From the NCBI RefSeq assembly GCF_009914755.1, contig NC_060948.1: DNA of 64,000 bases, one strand, 5' to 3'. The DNA comes from the human T2T-CHM13v2.0 reference genome, Homo sapiens. The notes beneath the pieces were generated by a model. The model worked only from the letters and a program-made list of their open reading frames with translations. It was not told the DNA's origin and searched no databases. Positions within the stretch are counted from its first letter, which is position 1, and every line of letters starts with the position of its first letter. The position numbers and the translations under genes are program-made. This document shows, piece after piece, positions 23,901 to 39,100 of this stretch.

Positions 23901-26900
23901 GGAATGGACTCAAATTGAAAGGGCTCGAAAGGAATGGAGTCAAATGGAATGGTCTGGAATGGAATGAACACGAATGTAATGCAATCCAATAGAATGGAAT
24001 CGAATGGCATGGAATATAAAGAAATGGAATCGAAGAGAATGGAAACAAATGGAATGGAATTGAATGGAATGGAATTGAATGGAATGGGAACGAATGGAGT
24101 GAAATTGTATGAAGTAGAAGGGAATAGAATGGAATGCAAGCGAAAGGAAAGGAATGGATTGGAATGGAATGGAATTCATTGGAATGGAAGGGAATGTAGT
24201 GTAATGGACAGGCCTGGAATAAAGTGGAATGCTACGGTCTCGAATGGAATAAAAATGTATGGAATGGAATGCAATGAAACGGAATCGAATGTCATAGAAT
24301 GTAATGGAATGCAACAAAATGGAATCCAAAATCATTGACTGGAAAGGCTGGGTGTCGAAAGGAATTGACTCCAATGGAATGGAATCGAATGGAATGGAAG
24401 TGAATAGAATCGAACTAAATCGAATGGAATGGAATTGATAGGAACGGAATGGAAAGGAATGCAATGATTTGGCATGGAATGGAATCGAATGGCATCGAAT
24501 GGAATGGAATGGAATGCAATGGAATGGAATGTATTAGAATGTAATGAACTTTAATGGAATGTACTCGAATGGATTCGACTGGAATGGAATGTTCTGGAAG
24601 TGAATGGACTCCAATGGAATGGATTCAAAAGGAATGGAATCGTACGGAATGGAATCTAATGGAATGGAATTAAATGGAAATGAATCAAATTGAATAGCAC
24701 GGAATTGAATTGAATGGAATGGAATGCAATGGAATCTAATGAAACGGAAAGGAAAGGAATGGAATGGAATGGAATGGGCTGGAATGGAAAGGAATCGAAA
24801 CGAATGGAATGGAATCGAACTGAAGAGACTGGAATGGAATGCACTGGAATGGAAGGGAGTGTAATGGAAGGTTCTCGAAAATAATGGAATCGAATGGAAT
24901 GGAATTGAATGGAACGGAATAGAGTCGAATGGAATTGAATGGAATGGAATGGACTAGAGTGAAATGGAATCGAACCACAAGGAATGGACAGGAATAGAAT
25001 GGTCTCGAATTGAATGGAATCGTATGGAATGGCATCAAACGGAATGGAATGGACAGCCACGGAATGGAATGCACTCGAATGCAATGGAGTCGAAACTAAT
25101 GGACTGGAATAGAATGGACTCGACTGGTACGGACTCCAATGGAATGGAATCGAATGGAAGGGAATCGAACGGAATGGACTCGAAGGGAAAAGACTGCAAT
25201 GGAAAGGTCTCGAATGGAATGGAAATTAATGGAATGGAATGGAATCGAATGAAATGGAGTCAAAAGGAATGGAATCGAATGGCAAGAAATCGAATGTAAT
25301 GGAATCGCAAGGAATTGATGTGAACGGAACGGAATGGAATGGAATCCAAAGGAATGGAATAGAATGGAATGGAATCGAATGGAAAGGACTCGAATGGAAA
25401 TCACTCGAATAGAATGCAATTTAATAAAATAGGATCAAATGTAATGGAATGGAATGGAAAGGAATCGAAACGAAAGGAATGGAGACAGATGGAATGGAAT
25501 GGAACAGAGAGCAATGGTATAGAATGGAATGGAATCATCTGGAATGGAATTGAATGGAATGGAATAATATGGAATGGAATGGAATGGAATGGAATGCCCT
25601 TGAATTAAATGGACTGGAATGGAATGGACTCGAACAGAGTGGAATGGAAAGTGTTGAGATAGAATGGAATGGACTCCTTTGGAATGGTCTAGTATGCAAT
25701 GCAATCGACTGTCAGGGAATCAAAAGGAATGTAATCGAATGGATTGGACTGGAATGCAATGGACTCGAATAGATTGGAAACGGAATGCAAAGGAATGGAA
25801 TGGAATAGTATGGAATGGAATGGAAAGGAATGGAGTGGAATAGACTAGAGTGGAATGGAATGGACTGGAAAGCAATGGACTGGAATGGAACTTTCTTGGA
25901 TGGACTGGAATCAAACGGAATGGAATGCAATGCAATCAAATGGCATGGAATAAAATAGAATGAAAGAGAATCAAATGGAATTGAATCGAATGGAATCGAA
26001 TGGATTGGAAAGGAATAGAATGGAATGGAATGGAATTGACTCAAATGGAATGGACTAGAATGGAATGGATTCGAATGGAAGGCAAAGGAATGGAATCTAT
26101 TGGAATGGACTGTAATGGAATGGAATGGAAGGGATTGGAATGGACTCGAATGGAATGGACTGCAATAGAAAGGATTCGAATGGAATGAAAAAGAATTGAA
26201 TGGAATAGAACAGAATGGAATCAAATCGAATGAAATGGAATGGAATAGAAAGGAATGGAATGAAATGGAATGGAAAGGATTCGAATGGAATGCAATCGAA
26301 TGGAATGGAATCGAACGGAATGGAATAAAATGGAAGAAAACTGGCAAGAAATGGAATCGAAATGAATGGAGTGTTATGGAACGGACTCAAAAGGAATTGA
26401 ATGTAATAGAATGGAGTGGAGTGGACTCGAATATAATGGACTGGAATGGAATGAAATCACATGGAATGGGAACGAATGGAATGGAATGGAAAGGAATGGA
26501 ATCGAATGGAAAGGAATCGAATGGAAGGGAATGAAATTGAATCAACAGGAATGGAAGGGAATAGAATAGACGGTAATGGAATGGACTCGAATAGAATGGA
26601 CACGAATGCTCAAATTGAATGGATTCGAATGGAATGGAAACGAAAGGAATGTCATCGAATGGAATTGAATCGATTGGAATGAAATCGCATAGAATGGAGT
26701 GGAATCAAATGGAATTGAATCGAAAGGAAAGGAAGCGAATGGACTGAAATGAAATGGAATGGAATTGAATGGAAAGTAATGCAATGGAATAGAATGGAAC
26801 GAAATTTCACGGAATGGAATCAAACTGAATGGAATCAAATCAATGGAATCTAATCAAATGGAATGGAAAGGAATTGAATGGAGTAGATTGGATTGGATGG

Positions 26901-29900
26901 GATTGGAATGAAATGTACTGGAAAGGACTCGAATTTCATGAAACGGAATGGAATGAATTGGAACGGAATGGACTCGAATGGAATGGAATGTCATGGAATG
27001 GCATCGAATGGAATGGCATCAAATGGAATGGAATCGAATGCAATGGAATGTTATGGAATGGAATGGAATGCATTGGAATGGAATGTCCTCTAATGGAATG
27101 GATTCGAGTGGAATGGAATCGAATATAATGGAGTCGAATGAAATGGAATTGAAAGGAATGGGATCGAATAGAATGGAATATACTGGAATGTAATGTAATG
27201 AACACGAATGTAATTGACTGGAATGGAATGTACATGAATGGAAGGTAATCGAATGGAAAGTAATCCAATGGAATAGAATCTAATGCAATAAAACCGAATC
27301 AGATAGAGTAGAATGTAATGGAATGGAGTGCAGTGCAATGGAATGGAATGGAATTGAATGCAATGGAATGGAATGGAATGGAATGGAATGGAATGGAATG
27401 GTATGGAATGGATAGTAATGGACTGGAGTGAAATGGACTGGAAAGGAATGGACTCAAATTGAAAGGGCTCGAAAGGAATGGAGTCAAATGGAATGGTCTG
27501 GAATGGAATGAACACGAATGTAATGCAATCCAATAGAATGGAATCGAATGGCATGGAATATAAAGAAATGGAATCGAAGAGAATGGAAACAAATGGAATG
27601 GAATTGAATGGAATGGAATTGAATGGAATGGGAACGAATGGAGTGAAATTGTATGAAGTAGAAGGGAATAGAATGGAATGCAAGCGAAAGGAAAGGAATG
27701 GATTGGAATGGAATGGAATTCATTGGAATGGAAGGGAATGTAGTGTAATGGACAGGCCTGGAATAAAGTGGAATGCTACGGTCTCGAATGGAATAAAAAT
27801 GTATGGAATGGAATGCAATGAAACGGAATCGAATGTCATAGAATGTAATGGAATGCAACAAAATGGAATCCAAAATCATTGACTGGAAAGGCTGGGTGTC
27901 GAAAGGAATTGACTCCAATGGAATGGAATCGAATGGAATGGAAGTGAATAGAATCGAACTAAATCGAATGGAATGTAATTGATAGGAACGGAATGGAAAG
28001 GAATGCAATGATTTGGCATGGAATGGAATCGAATGGCATCGAATGGAATGGAATGGAATGCAATGGAATGGAATGTATTAGAATGTAATGAACTTTAATG
28101 GAATGTACTCGAATGGATTCGACTGGAATGGAATGTTCTGGAAGTGAATGGACTCCAATGGAATGGATTCAAAAGGAATGGAATCGTACGGAATGGAATC
28201 TAATGGAATGGAATTAAATGGAAATGAATCAAATTGAATAGCACGGAATTGAATTGAATGGAATGGAATGCAATGGAATCTAATGAAACGGAAAGGAAAG
28301 GAATGGAATGGAATGGAATGGGCTGGAATGGAAAGGAATCGAAACGAATGGAATGGAATCGAACTGAAGAGACTGGAATGGAATGCACTGGAATGGAAGG
28401 GAGTGTAATGGAAGGTTCTCGAAAATAATGGAATCGAATGGAATGGAATTGAATGGAACGGAATAGAGTCGAATGGAATTGAATGGAATGGAATGGACTA
28501 GAGTGAAATGGAATCGAACCACAAGGAATGGACAGGAATAGAATGGTCTCGAATTGAATGGAATCGTATGGAATGGCATCAAACGGAATGGAATGGACAG
28601 CCACGGAATGGAATGCACTCGAATGCAATGGAGTCGAAACTAATGGACTGGAATAGAATGGACTCGACTGGTACGGACTCCAATGGAATGGAATCGAATG
28701 GAAGGGAATCGAACGGAATGGACTCGAAGGGAAAAGACTGCAATGGAAAGGTCTCGAATGGAATGGAAATTAATGGAATGGAATGGAATCGAATGAAATG
28801 GAGTCAAAAGGAATGGAATCGAATGGCAAGAAATCGAATGTAATGGAATCGCAAGGAATTGATGTGAACGGAACGGAATGGAATGGAATCCAAAGGAATG
28901 GAATAGAATGGAATGGAATCGAATGGAAAGGACTCGAATGGAAATCACTCGAATAGAATGCAATTTAATAAAATAGGATCAAATGTAATGGAATGGAATG
29001 GAAAGGAATCGAAACGAAAGGAATGGAGACGGAATGGAATGGAACAGAGAGCAATGGTATAGAATGGAATGGAATCATCTGGAATGGAATTGAATGGAAT
29101 GGAATAATATGAAATGGAATGGAATGGAATGGAATGGAATGCCCTTGAATTAAATGGACTGGAATGGAATGGACTCGAACAGAGTGGAATGGAAAGTGTT
29201 GAGATAGAATGGAATGGACTCCTTTGGAATGGTCTAGTATGCAATGCAATCGACTGTCAGGGAATCAAAAGGAATGTAATCGAATGGATTGGACTGGAAT
29301 GCAATGGACTCGAATAGATTGGAAACGGAATGCAAAGGAATGGAATGGAATAGTATGGAATGGAATGGAAAGGAATGGAGTGGAATAGACTAGAGTGGAA
29401 TGGAATGGACTGGAAAGCAATGGACTGGAATGGAACTTTCTTGGATGGACTGGAATCAAACGGAATGGAATGCAATGCAATCAAATGGCATGGAATAAAA
29501 TAGAATGAAAGAGAATCAAATGGAATTGAATCGAATGGAATCGAATGGATTGTAAAGGAATAGAATGGAATGGAATGGAATTGACTCAAATGGAATGGAC
29601 TAGAATGGAATGGATTCGAATGGAAGGCAAAGGAATGGAATCTATTGGAATGGACTGTAATGGAATGGAATGGAAGGGATTGGAATGGACTCGAATGGAA
29701 TGGACTGCAATAGAAAGGATTCGAATGGAATGAAAAAGAATTGAATGGAATAGAACAGAATGGAATCAAATCGAATGAAATGGAATGGAATAGAAAGGAA
29801 TGGAATGAAATGGAATGGAAAGGATTCGAATGGAATGCAATCGAATGGAATGGAATCGAACGGAATGGAATAAAATGGAAGAAAACTGGCAAGAAATGGA

Positions 29901-32900
29901 ATCGAAATGAATGGAGTGTTATGGAACGGACTCAAAAGGAATTGAATGTAATAGAATGGAGTGGAGTGGACTCGAATATAATGGACTGGAATGGAATGAA
30001 ATCACATGGAATGGGAACGAATGGAATGGAATGGAAAGGAATGGAATCGAATGGAAAGGAATCGAATGGAAGGGAATGAAATTGAATCAACAGGAATGGA
30101 AGGGAATAGAATAGACGGTAATGGAATGGACTCGAATAGAATGGACACGAATGCTCAAATTGAATGGATTCGAATGGAATGGAAACGAAAGGAATGTCAT
30201 CGAATGGAATTGAATCGATTGGAATGAAATCGCATAGAATGGAGTGGAATCAAATGGAATTGAATCGAAAGGAAAGGAAGCGAATGGACTGAAATGAAAT
30301 GGAATGGAATTGAATGGAAAGTAATGCAATGGAATAGAATGGAACGAAATTTCACGGAATGGAATCAAACTGAATGGAATCAAATCAATGGAATCTAATC
30401 AAATGGAATGGAAAGGAATTGAATGGAGTAGATTGGATTGGATGGGATTGGAATGAAATGTACTGGAAAGGACTCGAATTTCATGAAACGGAATGGAATG
30501 AATTGGAACGGAATGGACTCGAATGGAATGGAATGTCATGGAATGGCATCGAATGGAATGGCATCAAATGGAATGGAATCGAATGCAATGGAATGTTATG
30601 GAATGGAATGGAATGCATTGGAATGGAATGTCCTCTAATGGAATGGATTCGAGTGGAATGGAATCGAATATAATGGAGTCGAATGAAATGGAATTGAAAG
30701 GAATGGGATCGAATAGAATGGAATATACTGGAATGTAATGTAATGAACACGAATGTAATTGACTGGAATGGAATGTACATGAATGGAAGGTAATCGAATG
30801 GAAAGTAATCCAATGGAATAGAATCTAATGCAATAAAACCGAATCAGATAGAGTAGAATGTAATGGAATGGAGTGCAGTGCAATGGAATGGAATGGAATT
30901 GAATGCAATGGAATGGAATGGAATGGAATGGAATGGAATGGAATGGAATGGTATGGAAAGGATAGTAATGGACTGGAGTGAAATGGACTGGAAAGGAATG
31001 GACTCAAATTGAAAGGGCTCGAAAGGAATGGAGTCAAATGGAATGGTCTGGAATGGAATGAACACGAATGTAATGCAATCCAATAGAATGGAATCGAATG
31101 GCATGGAATATAAAGAAATGGAATCGAAGAGAATGGAAACAAATGGAATGGAATTGAATGGAATGGAATTGAATGGAATGGGAACGAATGGAGTGAAATT
31201 GTATGCAGTAGAAGGGAATAGAATGGAATGCAAGCGAAAGGAAAGGAATGGATTGGAATGGAATGGAATTCATTGGAATGGAAGGGAATGTAGTGTAATG
31301 GACAGGCCTGGAATAAAGTGGAATGCTACGGTCTCGAATGGAATAAAAATGTATGGAATGGAATGCAATGAAACGGAATCGAATGTCATAGAATGTAATG
31401 GAATGCAACAAAATGGAATCCAAAATCATTGACTGGAAAGGCTGGGTGTCGAAAGGAATTGACTCCAATGGAATGGAATCGAATGGAATGGAAGTGAATA
31501 GAATCGAACTAAATCGAATGGAATGGAATTGATAGGAACGGAATGGAAAGGAATGCAATGATTTGGCATGGAATGGAATCGAATGGCATCGAATGGAATG
31601 GAATGGAATGCAATGGAATGGAATGTATTAGAATGTAATGAACTTTAATGGAATGTACTCGAATGGATTCGACTGGAATGGAATGTTCTGGAAGTGAATG
31701 GACTCCAATGGAATGGATTCAAAAGGAATGGAATCGTACGGAATGGAATCTAATGGAATGGAATTAAATGGAAATGAATCAAATTGAATAGCACGGAATT
31801 GAATTGAATGGAATGGAATGCAATGGAATCTAATGAAACGGAAAGGAAAGGAATGGAATGGAATGGAATGGGCTGGAATGGAAAGGAATCGAAACGAATG
31901 GAATGGAATCGAACTGAAGAGACTGGAATGGAATGCACTGGAATGGAAGGGAGTGTAATGGAAGGTTCTCGAAAAAAATGGAATCGAATGGAATGGAATT
32001 GAATGGAACGGAATAGAGTCGAATGGAATTGAATGGAATGGAATGGACTAGAGTGAAATGGAATCGAACCACAAGGAATGGACAGGAATAGAATGGTCTC
32101 GAATTGAATGGAATCGTATGGAATGGCATCAAACGGAATGGAATGGACAGCCACGGAATGGAATGCACTCGAATGCAATGGAGTCGAAACTAATGGACTG
32201 GAATAGAATGGACTCGACTGGTACGGACTCCAATGGAATGGAATCGAATGGAAGGGAATCGAACGGAATGGACTCGAAGGGAAAAGACTGCAATGGAAAG
32301 GTCTCGAATGGAATGGAAATTAATGGAATGGAATGGAATCGAATGAAATGGAGTCAAAAGGAATGGAATCGAATGGCAAGAAATCGAATGTAATGGAATC
32401 GCAAGGAATTGATGTGAACGGAACGGAATGGAATGGAATCCAAAGGAATGGAATAGAATGGAATGGAATCGAATGGAAAGGACTCGAATGGAAATCACTC
32501 GAATAGAATGCAATTTAATAAAATAGGATCAAATGTAATGGAATGGAATGGAAAGGAATCGAAACGAAAGGAATGGAGACAGATGGAATGGAATGGAACA
32601 GAGAGCAATGGTATAGAATGGAATGGAATCATCTGGAATGGAATTGAATGGAATGGAATAATATGAAATGGAATGGAATGGAATGGAATGGAATGCCCTT
32701 GAATTAAATGGACTGGAATGGAATGGACTCGAACAGAGTGGAATGGAAAGTGTTGAGATAGAATGGAATGGACTCCTTTGGAATGGTCTAGTATGCAATG
32801 CAATCGACTGTCAGGGAATCAAAAGGAATGTAATCGAATGGATTGGACTGGAATGCAATGGACTCGAATAGATTGGAAACGGAATGCAAAGGAATGGAAT

Positions 32901-33195
32901 GGAATAGTATGGAATGGAATGGAAAGGAATGGAGTGGAATAGACTAGAGTGGAATGGAATGGACTGGAAAGCAATGGACTGGAATGGAACTTTCTTGAAT
33001 GGACTGTAATCAAACGGAATGGAATGCAATGCAATCAAATGGCATGGAATAAAATAGAATGAAAGAGAATCAAATGGAATTGAATCGAATGGAATCGAAT
33101 GGATTGTAAAGGAATAGAATGGAATGGAATGGAATTGACTCAAATGGAATGGACTAGAATGGAATGGATTCGAATGGAAGGCAAAGGAATGGAAT

Positions 33196-36100
33196 CTATT
33201 GGAATGGACTGTAATGGAATGGAATGGAAGGGATTGGAATGGACTCGAATGGAATGGACTGCAATAGAAAGGATTCGAATGGAATGAAAAAGAATTGAAT
33301 GGAATAGAACAGAATGGAATCAAATCGAATGAAATGGAATGGAATAGAAAGGAATGGAATGAAATGGAATGGAAAGGATTCGAATGGAATGCAATCGAAT
33401 GGAATGGAATCGAACGGAATGGAATAAAATGGAAGAAAACTGGCAAGAAATGGAATCGAAATGAATGGAGTGTTATGGAACGGACTCAAAAGGAATTGAA
33501 TGTAATAGAATGGAGTGGAGTGGACTCGAATATAATGGACTGGAATGGAATGAAATCACATGGAATGGGAACGAATGGAATGGAATGGAAAGGAATGGAA
33601 TCGAATGGAAAGGAATCGAATGGAAGGGAATGAAATTGAATCAACAGGAATGGAAGGGAATAGAATAGACGGTAATGGAATGGACTCGAATAGAATGGAC
33701 ACAAATGCTCAAATTGAATGGATTCGAATGGAATGGAAACGAAAGGAATGTCATCGAATGGAATTGAATCGATTGGAATGAAATCGCATAGAATGGAGTG
33801 GAATCAAATGGAATTGAATCGAAAGGAAAGGAAGCGAATGGACTGAAATGAAATGGAATGGAATTGAATGGAAAGTAATGCAATGGAATAGAATGGAACG
33901 AAATTTCACGGAATGGAATCAAACTGAATGGAATCAAATCAATGGAATCTAATCAAATGGAATGGAAAGGAATTGAATGGAGTAGATTGGATTGGATGGG
34001 ATTGGAATGAAATGTACTGGAAAGGACTCGAATTTCATGAAACGGAATGGAATGAATTGGAACGGAATGGACTCGAATGGAATGGAATGTCATGGAATGG
34101 CATCGAATGGAATGGCATCAAATGGAATGGAATCGAATGCAATGGAATGTTATGGAATGGAATGGAATGCATTGGAATGGAATGTCCTCTAATGGAATGG
34201 ATTCGAGTGGAATGGAATCGAATATAATGGAGTCGAATGAAATGGAATTGAAAGGAATGGGATCGAATAGAATGGAATATACTGGAATGTAATGTAATGA
34301 ACACGAATGTAATTGACTGGAATGGAATGTACATGAATGGAAGGTAATCGAATGGAAAGTAATCCAATGGAATAGAATCTAATGCAATAAAACCGAATCA
34401 GATAGAGTAGAATGTAATGGAATGGAGTGCAGTGCAATGGAATGGAATGGAATTGAATGCAATGGAATGGAATGGAATGGAATGGAATGGAATGGAATGG
34501 AATGGTATGGAAAGGATAGTAATGGACTGGAGTGAAATGGACTGGAAAGGAATGGACTCAAATTGAAAGGGCTCGAAAGGAATGGAGTCAAATGGAATGG
34601 TCTGGAATGGAATGAACACGAATGTAATGCAATCCAATAGAATGGAATCGAATGGCATGGAATATAAAGAAATGGAATCGAAGAGAATGGAAACAAATGG
34701 AATGGAATTGAATGGAATGGAATTGAATGGAATGGGAACGAATGGAGTGAAATTGTATGCAGTAGAAGGGAATAGAATGGAATGCAAGCGAAAGGAAAGG
34801 AATGGATTGGAATGGAATGGAATTCATTGGAATGGAAGGGAATGTAGTGTAATGGACAGGCCTGGAATAAAGTGGAATGCTACGGTCTCGAATGGAATAA
34901 AAATGTATGGAATGGAATGCAATGAAACGGAATCGAATGTCATAGAATGTAATGGAATGCAACAAAATGGAATCCAAAATCATTGACTGGAAAGGCTGGG
35001 TGTCGAAAGGAATTGACTCCAATGGAATGGAATCGAATGGAATGGAAGTGAATAGAATCGAACTAAATCGAATGGAATGGAATTGATAGGAACGGAATGG
35101 AAAGGAATGCAATGATTTGGCATGGAATGGAATCGAATGGCATCGAATGGAATGGAATGGAATGCAATGGAATGGAATGTATTAGAATGGAATGAACTTT
35201 AATGGAATGTACTCGAATGGATTCGACTGGAATGGAATGTTCTGGAAGTGAATGGACTCCAATGGAATGGATTCAAAAGGAATGGAATCGTACGGAATGG
35301 AATCTAATGGAATGGAATTAAATGGAAATGAATCAAATTGAATAGCACGGAATTGAATTGAATGGAATGGAATGCAATGGAATCTAATGAAACGGAAAGG
35401 AAAGGAATGGAATGGAATGGAATGGGCTGGAATGGAAAGGAATCGAAACGAATGGAATGGAATCGAACTGAAGAGACTGGAATGGAATGCACTGGAATGG
35501 AAGGGAGTGTAATGGAAGGTTCTCGAAAATAATGGAATCGAATGGAATGGAATTGAATGGAACGGAATAGAGTCGAATGGAATTGAATGGAATGGAATGG
35601 ACTAGAGTGAAATGGAATCGAACCACAAGGAATGGACAGGAATAGAATGGTCTCGAATTGAATGGAATCGTATGGAATGGCATCAAACGGAATGGAATGG
35701 ACAGCCACGGAATGGAATGCACTCGAATGCAATGGAGTCGAAACTAATGGACTGGAATAGAATGGACTCGACTGGTACGGACTCCAATGGAATGGAATCG
35801 AATGGAAGGGAATCGAACGGAATGGACTCGAAGGGAAAAGACTGCAATGGAAAGGTCTCGAATGGAATGGAAATTAATGGAATGGAATGGAATCGAATGA
35901 AATGGAGTCAAAAGGAATGGAATCGAATGGCAAGAAATCGAATGTAATGGAATCGCAAGGAATTGATGTGAACGGAACGGAATGGAATGGAATCCAAAGG
36001 AATGGAATAGAATGGAATGGAATCGAATGGAAAGGACTCGAATGGAAATCACTCGAATAGAATGCAATTTAATAAAATAGGATCAAATGTAATGGAATGG

Positions 36101-39100
36101 AATGGAAAGGAATCGAAACGAAAGGAATGGAGACAGATGGAATGGAATGGAACAGAGAGCAATGGTATAGAATGGAATGGAATCATCTGGAATGGAATTG
36201 AATGGAATGGAATAATATGAAATGGAATGGAATGGAATGGAATGGAATGCCCTTGAATTAAATGGACTGGAATGGAATGGACTCGAACAGAGTGGAATGG
36301 AAAGTGTTGAGATAGAATGGAATGGACTCCTTTGGAATGGTCTAGTATGCAATGCAATCGACTGTCAGGGAATCAAAAGGAATGTAATCGAATGGATTGG
36401 ACTGGAATGCAATGGACTCGAATAGATTGGAAACGGAATGCAAAGGAATGGAATGGAATAGTATGGAATGGAATGGAAAGGAATGGAGTGGAATAGACTA
36501 GAGTGGAATGGAATGGACTGGAAAGCAATGGACTGGAATGGAACTTTCTTGAATGGACTGGAATCAAACGGAATGGAATGCAATGCAATCAAATGGCATG
36601 GAATAAAATAGAATGAAAGAGAATCAAATGGAATTGAATCGAATGGAATCGAATGGATTGTAAAGGAATAGAATGGAATGGAATGGAATTGACTCAAATG
36701 GAATGGACTAGAATGGAATGGATTCGAATGGAAGGCAAAGGAATGGAATCTATTGGAATGGACTGTAATGGAATGGAATGGAAGGGATTGGAATGGACTC
36801 GAATGGAATGGACTGCAATAGAAAGGATTCGAATGGAATGAAAAAGAATTGAATGGAATAGAACAGAATGGAATCAAATCGAATGAAATGGAATGGAATA
36901 GAAAGGAATGGAATGAAATGGAATGGAAAGGATTCGAATGGAATGCAATCGAATGGAATGGAATCGAACGGAATGGAATAAAATGGAAGAAAACTGGCAA
37001 GAAATGGAATCGAAATGAATGGAGTGTTATGGAACGGACTCAAAAGGAATTGAATGTAATAGAATGGAGTGGAGTGGACTCGAATATAATGGACTGGAAT
37101 GGAATGAAATCACATGGAATGGGAACGAATGGAATGGAATGGAAAGGAATGGAATCGAATGGAAAGGAATCGAATGGAAGGGAATGAAATTGAATCAACA
37201 GGAATGGAAGGGAATAGAATAGACGGTAATGGAATGGACTCGAATAGAATGGACACGAATGCTCAAATTGAATGGATTCGAATGGAATGGAAACGAAAGG
37301 AATGTCATCGAATGGAATTGAATCGATTGGAATGAAATCGCATAGAATGGAGTGGAATCAAATGGAATTGAATCGAAAGGAAAGGAAGCGAATGGACTGA
37401 AATGAAATGGAATGGAATTGAATGGAAAGTAATGCAATGGAATAGAATGGAACGAAATTTCACGGAATGGAATCAAACTGAATGGAATCAAATCAATGGA
37501 ATCTAATCAAATGGAATGGAAAGGAATTGAATGGAGTAGATTGGATTGGATGGGATTGGAATGAAATGTACTGGAAAGGACTCGAATTTCATGAAACGGA
37601 ATGGAATGAATTGGAACGGAATGGACTCGAATGGAATGGAATGTCATGGAATGGCATCGAATGGAATGGCATCAAATGGAATGGAATCGAATGCAATGGA
37701 ATGTTATGGAATGGAATGGAATGCATTGGAATGGAATGTCCTCTAATGGAATGGATTCGAGTGGAATGGAATCGAATATAATGGAGTCGAATGAAATGGA
37801 ATTGAAAGGAATGGGATCGAATAGAATGGAATATACTGGAATGTAATGTAATGAACACGAATGTAATTGACTGGAATGGAATGTACATGAATGGAAGGTA
37901 ATCGAATGGAAAGTAATCCAATGGAATAGAATCTAATGCAATAAAACCGAATCAGATAGAGTAGAATGTAATGGAATGGAGTGCAGTGCAATGGAATGGA
38001 ATGGAATTGAATGCAATGGAATGGAATGGAATGGAATGGAATGGAATGGAATGGAATGGTATGGAATGGATAGTAATGGACTGGAGTGAAATGGACTGGA
38101 AAGGAATGGACTCAAATTGAAAGGGCTCGAAAGGAATGGAGTCAAATGGAATGGTCTGGAATGGAATGAACACGAATGTAATGCAATCCAATAGAATGGA
38201 ATCGAATGGCATGGAATATAAAGAAATGGAATCGAAGAGAATGGAAACAAATGGAATGGAATTGAATGGAATGGAATTGAATGGAATGGGAACGAATGGA
38301 GTGAAATTGTATGCAGTAGAAGGGAATAGAATGGAATGCAAGCGAAAGGAAAGGAATGGATTGGAATGGAATGGAATTCATTGGAATGGAAGGGAATGTA
38401 GTGTAATGGACAGGCCTGGAATAAAGTGGAATGCTACGGTCTCGAATGGAATAAAAATGTATGGAATGGAATGCAATGAAACGGAATCGAATGTCATAGA
38501 ATGTAATGGAATGCAACAAAATGGAATCCAAAATCATTGACTGGAAAGGCTGGGTGTCGAAAGGAATTGACTCCAATGGAATGGAATCGAATGGAATGGA
38601 AGTGAATAGAATCGAACTAAATCGAATGGAATGGAATTGATAGGAACGGAATGGAAAGGAATGCAATGATTTGGCATGGAATGGAATCGAATGGCATCGA
38701 ATGGAATGGAATGGAATGCAATGGAATGGAATGTATTAGAATGGAATGAACTTTAATGGAATGTACTCGAATGGATTCGACTGGAATGGAATGTTCTGGA
38801 AGTGAATGGACTCCAATGGAATGGATTCAAAAGGAATGGAATCGTACGGAATGGAATCTAATGGAATGGAATTAAATGGAAATGAATCAAATTGAATAGC
38901 ACGGAATTGAATTGAATGGAATGGAATGCAATGGAATCTAATGAAACGGAAAGGAAAGGAATGGAATGGAATGGAATGGGCTGGAATGGAAAGGAATCGA
39001 AACGAATGGAATGGAATCGAAGTGAAGAGACTGGAATGGAATGCACTGGAATGGAAGGGAGTGTAATGGAAGGTTCTCGAAAAAAATGGAATCGAATGGA

